In this document: positions 58,071 to 64,000 of the stretch, piece after piece | How positions within the stretch are numbered: the stretch's first letter is position 1 | Layout of the letters: each line of letters opens with the position of its first letter | Assembly (NCBI GenBank): GCA_046726015.1 | Contig: JBKOZS010000054.1 | Location: 460-64,459, forward strand | Direction: 5' to 3' | Length of the DNA: 64,000 nucleotides | Origin: Acidobacteriota bacterium | GTDB lineage: Bacteria; Acidobacteriota; Vicinamibacteria; Vicinamibacterales; 2-12-FULL-66-21 | Translations under genes and position numbers: made by a program | Notes under the pieces: generated by a model | Told to the model about the DNA's origin: nothing | Seen by the model: only the letters and a program-made list of their open reading frames with translations | Database searches by the model: none

Positions 58071-58460
58071 ATGGTACTGGAAGCCCCGGCGGATAGTACA
58101 GCCCGGGTTCACCGTATTCTGGTGGTTGACGACGACGAGACGCTGCTCGACGCTGTCGCCCGGGGGTTACGAGCAGGCGGGCAACTCGTCGTCCCGTGCG
58201 GATCCTTTGAAGCGGCGCGAGAAGTGCTGCGGCAGCAGACCTTCGACGTGCTCATCACCGACGTGCGGCTACGGGCGTCGAACGGCCTGCAACTCGCGAT
58301 TGTCGCGCGCCAGATGAACCCCGCGATGCAGTTGATCGTGTTTTCGGGGTTCGACGACCCGGTGCTCCGCGCGGAGGCCGGCAAGATCGACGCGATGTAT
58401 TTGGTGAAGCCGGTCACCGCTGCGACACTGCTCAAGCTGATCCACGGACAGGAAAGTTAA
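58071..58460 (+). CDS. single-domain response regulator (receiver only)
   Basis: 129 aa. ILVVDDDE, phospho-acceptor context VLITDVRL, VFSG and LVKP are all present. No output domain. Confidence 0.85.
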   Translation: MVLEAPADSTARVHRILVVDDDETLLDAVARGLRAGGQLVVPCGSFEAAREVLRQQTFDVLITDVRLRASNGLQLAIVARQMNPAMQLIVFSGFDDPVLRAEAGKIDAMYLVKPVTAATLLKLIHGQES

Positions 58461-58565
58461 AAAGGTCCGCGCGATCACCCGATCGAATGGACCGGCCCCT
58501 GGTGCGCCATCAAGACGCGATAGGTGTCCTCGGTCGGCGCGGCGCGCGAATGTGCCAGGAAGACT

Positions 58566-58589
58566 AAAGTCTGCCTCGGCGCAGACTTT
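58566..58589. terminator. perfect 9-bp hairpin AAAGTCTGC-ctcggc-GCAGACTTT (candidate bidirectional terminator)
   Basis: Read directly. It lies 106 nt after the receiver-gene stop and 31 nt after the candidate small minus-strand ORF. Confidence 0.4.
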
Positions 58590-58619
58590 GTGCCTCCGCG
58601 CGGCGCCACAATTGCGGTA

Positions 58620-58703
58620 TTAGATCTCGGTGAGCAGCGTGTAGACGAACCCGGCGGCCACGCGAGCGGCGCGTGTCAGGTGTCGAATTGTCAGGGTGAT
58701 CAT
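58620..58703 (-). CDS. candidate 27-aa small protein MITLTIRHLTRAARVAAGFVYTLLTEI
   Basis: ATG is preceded by GAAGGCG. 21 of 26 non-start codons end in G/C, as in the surrounding real genes. A hairpin follows. No homology recognised, so the call is speculative. Confidence 0.25.
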   Translation of the reverse strand: MITLTIRHLTRAARVAAGFVYTLLTEI

Positions 58704-58886
58704 GGCTTCGCCTTCAACGCGACGATGACGCTTCGGTCCGAATCGACGCGTCTCGAGGATCTTTCAGTGTTCGATCGTTGCGGCGTCACTACGCGAACGG
58801 CGTACCAATGCGGGGTGGGGCGTGCAGAGCGCGAAGGATCAACGCGCGCACAAGTGCCGAGGATTTGTTCTGCCTGTGGGTGGCTT

Positions 58887-59552
58887 CTATCCCCTGTCAG
58901 CGAGCAGTGCAGTGGTGCGCGTCTCGAGCGCGGCGAGTGACGCTTCAAGTTCGCGACGCTTCGACTCGATCGCATCTTCGGACGTATCAGCGACGGCGAT
59001 TGGGGCGCCAATCGCGATGGCAGCAGAGCTGAACGGTTTGGGGATCTGCGTCCGATCCCAGCTGTTCGCTGTCCAGAAGCGAGAGGATTCGATGTGAAAC
59101 GGCAGCAGCGGATTGCCTGTGGCGCCAGCCAACCAGACGGCGCCAGGCTGCGCCACCCGCGCGGGGCCGCGCGGGCCGTCGAGCGTGAACGCCGCGGGTT
59201 TCCCGGACGCCATGCCCCGCTTCAACTGCACGAGCGCACGAACGCCGCCGCGCGACGATGAACCGCGCGACGTGCCGTACCCGAACCGCTCGATGATGCG
59301 AGCGATCCACTCGCCGTCGAAGTTCTCACTGGTGATGACGACAATGCCGCGGTCGCGCCAGAACAGCGTGGCCGCGAGGATGCGACCGTGCCAGAAGGCG
59401 AAGATTGGCAGGCGGCCCGATTCGACGATCGCGTCGTAATGGTGAAGGCCGTCGACGCGCCATTTGAGCGTGGAGCCCAGCGCCGCAATTATCGGAGAGC
59501 CGACAGCCGCAATGACGCCGGCTTTGCGCTGCTGCGCGGAGGTCAAGCTCAT
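58887..59552 (-). CDS. DUF374-type lysophospholipid acyltransferase-like protein
   Basis: ATG 59552 gives MSLTSAQQRKAG.. Has ..IFAFWHGR..VITSENFDGEWIA..GYGTSRGSSSRGG..AFTLDGPRGP.. The track start at 59660 is an extension into the repeat region. Confidence 0.8.
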   Translation of the reverse strand: MSLTSAQQRKAGVIAAVGSPIIAALGSTLKWRVDGLHHYDAIVESGRLPIFAFWHGRILAATLFWRDRGIVVITSENFDGEWIARIIERFGYGTSRGSSSRGGVRALVQLKRGMASGKPAAFTLDGPRGPARVAQPGAVWLAGATGNPLLPFHIESSRFWTANSWDRTQIPKPFSSAAIAIGAPIAVADTSEDAIESKRRELEASLAALETRTTALLADRG

Positions 59553-59616
59553 GTCTCTTGAACGCCGGGTCTCTACGGCGGCGCCCCGAACAATCGCTGA
59601 GGGCGCCGTATCAATT

Positions 59617-59672
59617 ACGAATGACGAATGCCAAATGCCAATACCATGAAAGTTGGGCATTCGGCATTGACG
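59617..59672. repeat. hairpin of heptamer units ACGAATG ACGAATG CCAAATG CCAATAC / TTGGGCA TTCGGCA TTGACG
   Basis: Read directly. Same GAATGCC/GGCATT unit family as 35713-35763. Confidence 0.8.
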
Positions 59673-59678
59673 CGCAGA

Positions 59679-59723
59679 GCCTTGAGCCCTGAGTCCTAAG
59701 CCCTGAGTCCTGAGTCCTGAGCC
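59679..59723. repeat. 6-7 direct GYCCTRA heptamers (GCCTTGA GCCCTGA GTCCTAA GCCCTGA GTCCTGA GTCCTGA GCC)
   Basis: Read directly, starting 3 nt downstream of the ETF-QO stop. It is the reverse complement of the GCTCAGG family at 19129-19245. Confidence 0.85.
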
Positions 59724-59725
59724 AG

Positions 59726-61420
59726 CTACATCCCCTCATACTGCGGACCGCCGCCCCCTTCGGGCGGCACCCAGTCGATGATCTGGTAGGGATCCATGAT
59801 GTCGCAGGTCTTGCAGTGGACGCAGTTCGAAGCGTTGATCTGCAACTTCTTGCGCGATGTGCCGTCACCGATATCGACCATCTCGTAGACGTTCGCGGGG
59901 CAGAAGCGGATGCAGGGATTGCCGTACTCTTCGCGGCAGCGCGTGCGGCACACTTCGGCGTCGTGGACGATCAGGTGCGACGGTTGATCCTCCGCGTGGC
60001 GTGTGCCCGAGTAGTGCACGTTCGTCAGGCGATCGAACGTGAGCTGGCGATCGATCTTGACGGGATTGACCGTCGAATCCGGATCCGGCGGGCCGTCCTT
60101 GTAATACTCCGCGAGCTTCGCCATCCGCGCGTAGCCGGCATGCGCCGGCATGGGATCCCTGACCCACCATCCACCCGTGACGAGCGAGAGACCGGAATAG
60201 GCAAGACCGGCCAGGAGACCGTAGCTGAAGCTCTGGTGCACATTGCGCACCGGGTACAACTCGCGACGCACTGGACCGGCATCGATGCGATCGGCGTAGA
60301 CTTTGAGCTTCGACGCCGACACGTCGCCGGCGCGCACGGCCTCGAATGCGGTCTCTGCCGCAAGCATGCCGGTGCGCATCGCAAGGTGCACGCCTTTCAG
60401 CCGAATGGAGTTCAGGAACCCCGCGGCATCGCCGGCAATTAACGCCCCGTCCGCGTACACCTGCGGGATCGTGTGCCACCCTCCTTCGGGCAGCGCCTTC
60501 GCCCCGTAGCGCACCATCTGCCCTCCCTGGAGCAGAGACGCGACGAGCGGATGCCGCTTGAAATGCTGAAACGCGATGTGCGGATCGAACATCGGGTCGC
60601 GGTAATCGAGACCTGAAACGAACCCCACGGAGATCACGCCGTCCGGCATCGCGTAGATGAACCCACCACCGAACTCGTCCATCTTGAGCGGGTAGCCCAT
60701 CGTGTGGATGACATGGCCCGCCGGCAATCGATCCTTCGGTACTTCCCACAGCTCTTTGATGCCAATGGCATAGAGCTGCGGAATGCGGCCTTCGTCGAGA
60801 CCAAGCTGGCGCACGAGTGACTTCGTCAGGTTGCCACGCACGCCGTCGGTCAGAATCGTCACCTTCGCGCGGATATCGACGCCCGGCTCGAACGTCGACT
60901 TCTGCTCGCCGTGCTTCCCGATCCCGCGATCGCCCGTGCGCACGCCGACCAGTGCGCGATCCTGTCCTGCGCCTGTCGAGGGGTCGAACAACAGCTCGGA
61001 TGCCGAGAAACCGGTGAAGACGTCAATCCCCTCGGCTTCGACGAGACCGCCCAGCCATTTCACGAAGCGGTTGAGCGAGATGATGTAGTTGCCGTGATTG
61101 TGCAGCGGCGGCGGGATGATGGGGAACTTGAGCTTGCCAGTACGGGTCAGGAAGTACACAGCGTCGTGGCGTACTTCGGAAGCCAGCGGCGCGCCCCTGG
61201 CGGCAAAGTCGGGGACGAGGTCGCGGAGCGCGGAGGGATCGAGCACCGCGCCGGACAGCATGTGCGCTCCGACCTCGCGAGCCTTTTCCAGCACCGCGAT
61301 CGCGAGCGGCTCGCCTCCCTTTTCCTTCTGTAGTTGCGCGAGGCGCAGTGCCGCGGACATGCCCGCCGGACCGCCGCCAACGATGAGGACATCGACCTCG
61401 AGGGTCTCGCGTTCCGCCAC
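59726..61420 (-). CDS. electron-transfer flavoprotein:ubiquinone oxidoreductase
   Basis: 564 aa. FAD motif DVLIVGGGPAGMSAA. C-terminal 4Fe-4S region ..CPANVYE...INASNCVHCKTCDI. GTG start 1 nt after the etfA stop. Confidence 0.95.
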   Translation of the reverse strand: MAERETLEVDVLIVGGGPAGMSAALRLAQLQKEKGGEPLAIAVLEKAREVGAHMLSGAVLDPSALRDLVPDFAARGAPLASEVRHDAVYFLTRTGKLKFPIIPPPLHNHGNYIISLNRFVKWLGGLVEAEGIDVFTGFSASELLFDPSTGAGQDRALVGVRTGDRGIGKHGEQKSTFEPGVDIRAKVTILTDGVRGNLTKSLVRQLGLDEGRIPQLYAIGIKELWEVPKDRLPAGHVIHTMGYPLKMDEFGGGFIYAMPDGVISVGFVSGLDYRDPMFDPHIAFQHFKRHPLVASLLQGGQMVRYGAKALPEGGWHTIPQVYADGALIAGDAAGFLNSIRLKGVHLAMRTGMLAAETAFEAVRAGDVSASKLKVYADRIDAGPVRRELYPVRNVHQSFSYGLLAGLAYSGLSLVTGGWWVRDPMPAHAGYARMAKLAEYYKDGPPDPDSTVNPVKIDRQLTFDRLTNVHYSGTRHAEDQPSHLIVHDAEVCRTRCREEYGNPCIRFCPANVYEMVDIGDGTSRKKLQINASNCVHCKTCDIMDPYQIIDWVPPEGGGGPQYEGM

Positions 61421-61421
61421 G

Positions 61422-62369
61422 CTATTTGTTCAGTTCAGCAATCATCGCCGGCACCACCTCGAACAGGTCGCCGGCAATTCCGTAGTCTGCGATCTCGAAA
61501 ATTGGCGCCTCCGGATCCTTGTTGATGGCGACAATGGTGCGGGAGCCCTTCATCCCGACCAGGTGCTGGATGGCGCCCGAGATCCCGAGAGCGACGTAAA
61601 GCTTTGGCGCCACGGTCTGCCCCGAGCTGCCGATCTGCCGATCCATGGGCAGCCAGCCGGCGTCGCAGATTGGACGCGAGGCGGCGAGCTCGGCCCCCAT
61701 CGCCTGCGCGAGTTGCTGCGCGAGCTGGAGGTGCTCCTGCCCCTTGATGCCGCGGCCGACCGAGACGATACGTTCGGCCTGCGACAGATCGACCGCCTGC
61801 TTCGCCTCCTTGAACGGCGCTTCGGGCTTCTGGCGGATCTTCGCGGCATCGACCGCAACCGCCGCCTTGCGCACCGGCGCCGCGGCTGCTCCCTTTTTCA
61901 CCGCGTCCGCGCGAAACGCGCCGATCTGGAACGTCACCAGGTGCGGCGATGGTCCGTCCACGGTCACCTCTGCCTGCAGCTTGCCCTGGAACACCGGACG
62001 CACGTATCCGCTTCCTTTCAGGGAGACGACGTCGGTGACGAGGGGACGTTGCAGGCGCGCGGCGAGCGCGGGCGCGAAGTCGCGCGTCTGGTACGTATGG
62101 GGAAAAAAGACCTTTTCAGGTTTGTCGCTTTCGATCAGCGCCTGGAGCGCCTGCACGAAGCCATCGGCCGTGTAATCCTTCAGCGCGGGATCGTTCACCG
62201 CGATCACTTCGGCCACGTCGGCCGCGCCGATCTCTCCTGCGACCGCGTCGACTGCACTGCCGAGCACCGCGACTTTCACCGGGGATCCCGCGGCCTGCGC
62301 CGCCGCAATCGTTTCCCACGTGGCGCGATTGAGCGTGCCGTCCTTCTGCTCCGCGACGACGAGAATCAC
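61422..62369 (-). CDS. etfA: electron transfer flavoprotein alpha subunit
   Basis: GTG 62369 overlaps the etfB stop (GTGA) and gives (M)[18 protein letters not shown].. C-terminal ..[26 protein letters not shown]. The track ORF to 62951 is an extension overlapping etfB. Confidence 0.9.
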   Translation of the reverse strand: MILVVAEQKDGTLNRATWETIAAAQAAGSPVKVAVLGSAVDAVAGEIGAADVAEVIAVNDPALKDYTADGFVQALQALIESDKPEKVFFPHTYQTRDFAPALAARLQRPLVTDVVSLKGSGYVRPVFQGKLQAEVTVDGPSPHLVTFQIGAFRADAVKKGAAAAPVRKAAVAVDAAKIRQKPEAPFKEAKQAVDLSQAERIVSVGRGIKGQEHLQLAQQLAQAMGAELAASRPICDAGWLPMDRQIGSSGQTVAPKLYVALGISGAIQHLVGMKGSRTIVAINKDPEAPIFEIADYGIAGDLFEVVPAMIAELNK

Positions 62370-63127
62370 AGCGCCCTCGCTTCCTCGCGCAGGCGCTTGA
62401 CGAGATCCTTTGCGGCGTCGGCGGGGCTGCCGGAAATCATCTGTGTCTTCTTGCCCTTCTCGGGGAAGTACACGCTGGCAATCTTCTGCAAGGGCTGCGG
62501 CGCCGCGGCGGGCGTGACCTTCTTGATCTCTTTCTTCTTCGCCGCCATGATCCCCTTGAGCGTCGCGTAACGGAGCTGGTTGATGCCGCTCTGGATCGTC
62601 AAGAGCGCGGGAAGGGGCAGCGTCACCCACTGGAACCAGCCGCCTTCGAGCTCTCGCTTCACACGGAGGGTCCCCTCTGAAGCCTGGACCTCCATGATGA
62701 TCGTCGCGTGCGGCATGCCGAGTTTCTCTGCGAGAAGCACCCCGATCTGGCCAAAGCCCTGATCGTCGGACTGCAATCCGGTCAGCACGAGATCGACCCG
62801 CTCTGCCGTGATCGCGTCGGCAAGCGCCTGCGCGACGGCGTTCGCATCCGCGGTCGCGAGCGCGTCCGATTCGACGTGAATCGCGCGATCGGCGCCGCGG
62901 GCCAGCGCCTCGCGGATCACCTGCGCCGCGCGCGCCGGGCCGGCCGAGCACACGATGACCTCACCGCCGTGCTTCTCCTTCAGACGCAGCGCTTCTTCCA
63001 GGGCGTAGGCGTCCGGCTCGTTCAGTTCGAAGCTGGCATCCTGGTCACGGATCCAGGTCTTTCCCTCGTTCACGCGCAGTTGCCATTCGCGCGTGACGAC
63101 CTGCTTGATACAAACGACAATTTTCAT
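62366..63127 (-). CDS. etfB: electron transfer flavoprotein beta subunit
   Basis: ATG 63127 gives MKIVVCIKQVVTREWQLRV.. Has ..NEPDAYALEEALRLKE.. and ..LVLTGLQSDDQGFGQ. Confidence 0.9.
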   Translation of the reverse strand: MKIVVCIKQVVTREWQLRVNEGKTWIRDQDASFELNEPDAYALEEALRLKEKHGGEVIVCSAGPARAAQVIREALARGADRAIHVESDALATADANAVAQALADAITAERVDLVLTGLQSDDQGFGQIGVLLAEKLGMPHATIIMEVQASEGTLRVKRELEGGWFQWVTLPLPALLTIQSGINQLRYATLKGIMAAKKKEIKKVTPAAAPQPLQKIASVYFPEKGKKTQMISGSPADAAKDLVKRLREEARAL

Positions 63128-63175
63128 TGTTTGGCGCTCGGGGCCGGCCATCTAACATCGACCGTCCTCCGCCTT

Positions 63176-64000
63176 CTATTCCTCATACCGCTTCAACAGC
63201 AGCGTACCGTTCGTGCCGCCGAAGCCGAACGAGTTCGACACCGCGTAGCGGATCGGCATGGGGCGAGCCTTGTGCGGCACGTAGTCGAGGTCGCACGCGG
63301 GATCCGGCGTATCGAGGTTGACGGTGGGAGGCGCGATCTGGTGCTTCACGGCAAGCGCCGTGATGCCGGCTTCAAGGCCGCCGGCGGCGCCGAGCAGGTG
63401 ACCGGTCATCGACTTGGTCGACGACATGGCGAGCTGGTACGCGTGCGCCCCAAACAACGATTTCACGCCGAGCGTCTCGGTGGGATCGTTGATGGGCGTG
63501 GAGGTGCCGTGCGCGTTGATGTAGTCCACGCTCGTCGCCTGGATCCCCGCCTTCTTGAGCGCCATCGACATCGACCGAATCGCGCCGTGCGCTTCTTCAG
63601 GCTGACCGGTGAGGTGATAGGCGTCAGACGTGAGGCCGTAGCCCACCAGCTCCGCGTAGATGCTGGCGCTGCGGCGCCGCGCGGTCTCGAGATCCTCGAG
63701 GATGATGATGCCGGCGCCTTCGCCCATGACGAAGCCGTCACGATCCTTGTCGAACGGCCGGCTTGCCTTCGACGGCTCGTCGTTGCGCGTCGACAGCGCG
63801 CGCATCGCGGCGAAGCCGCCGACGCCCATCGGCGTGATGGCTGCCTCCGAGCCGCCGGCAATCATGACGTCCGCGTCGCCGCGCCGAATGATCTCGAACG
63901 CTTCGCCAATGGCATGCGCCGACGCGGTGCACGCGGTGCAGGTGGCAAGGTTGGGACCCCGGGCGTTGAAGCGGATCGACACCTGGCCCGCCGCGAGATT
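63176..64000 (-). CDS. fabF: 3-oxoacyl-ACP synthase II; N-terminal part beyond window edge
   Basis: The frame stays open past 64000. Has ..ACTASAHAIGEA.., ..INAHGTSTP.ND.. and the C-terminal ..NSFGFGGTNGTLLL block. Confidence 0.9.
   Translation of the reverse strand, partial: NLAAGQVSIRFNARGPNLATCTACTASAHAIGEAFEIIRRGDADVMIAGGSEAAITPMGVGGFAAMRALSTRNDEPSKASRPFDKDRDGFVMGEGAGIIILEDLETARRRSASIYAELVGYGLTSDAYHLTGQPEEAHGAIRSMSMALKKAGIQATSVDYINAHGTSTPINDPTETLGVKSLFGAHAYQLAMSSTKSMTGHLLGAAGGLEAGITALAVKHQIAPPTVNLDTPDPACDLDYVPHKARPMPIRYAVSNSFGFGGTNGTLLLKRYEE

Noticed and set aside
58524-58940. 138-aa plus-strand ORF in the 426-nt gap.
   Set aside because: It runs into and overlaps the 3' end of the DUF374 gene on the other strand. 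It has no ribosome-binding site and no recognisable motifs, and its composition (scattered Cys/Arg) looks non-coding.

Overview
This is a GC-rich bacterial chromosomal segment (roughly two-thirds G+C by eye). It is densely packed with about 45 protein genes on both strands. The taxon is most plausibly Acidobacteriota-like, because it carries an ADOP-type orphan duplicated FtsX permease, a CarboxypepD_reg-type TonB receptor, a PEGA-domain kinase-like protein and BshC. Content is mainly core metabolism and housekeeping: part of a myo-inositol catabolic cluster (iolD, a sugar ABC importer, iolG-like, iolB), carA-carB, bshC, PBP1A, a CIRCE-controlled hrcA-grpE-dnaJ-prmA operon, rsmE, ilvE, pilT, recX-alaS, rpsT, leuS-lptE-holA, etfB-etfA-ETF:QO and fabF. 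I saw no rRNA, tRNA, CRISPR array, transposase or integrase, prophage or recognisable defence genes, so I cannot point to an obvious novel defence-type system. The signals not explained by ordinary gene calls are: (1) short-unit (7-10 nt) tandem and inverted repeat arrays fill most intergenic spacers, and the same unit families recur tens of kb apart. (2) TATAAT-like -10 boxes sit only 6-10 nt upstream of at least seven start codons, which suggests widespread leaderless or near-leaderless transcripts. (3) A giant secreted LamG-flanked galactose/glyoxal-oxidase-like (copper radical oxidase) protein lies beside a CxxCH protein and a heavy-metal-binding-domain protein. (4) A TonB receptor, a PIG-L deacetylase and a divergent ArgH-like lyase are stop-start coupled. 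(5) A predicted pseudokinase-PEGA membrane protein is translationally coupled to carA-carB-pfkB. Two ORFs run off the window edges and are therefore missing from the ORF track (iolD at the left, fabF at the right). Many long ORFs in the track are antisense or upstream-extension artefacts of high GC content.
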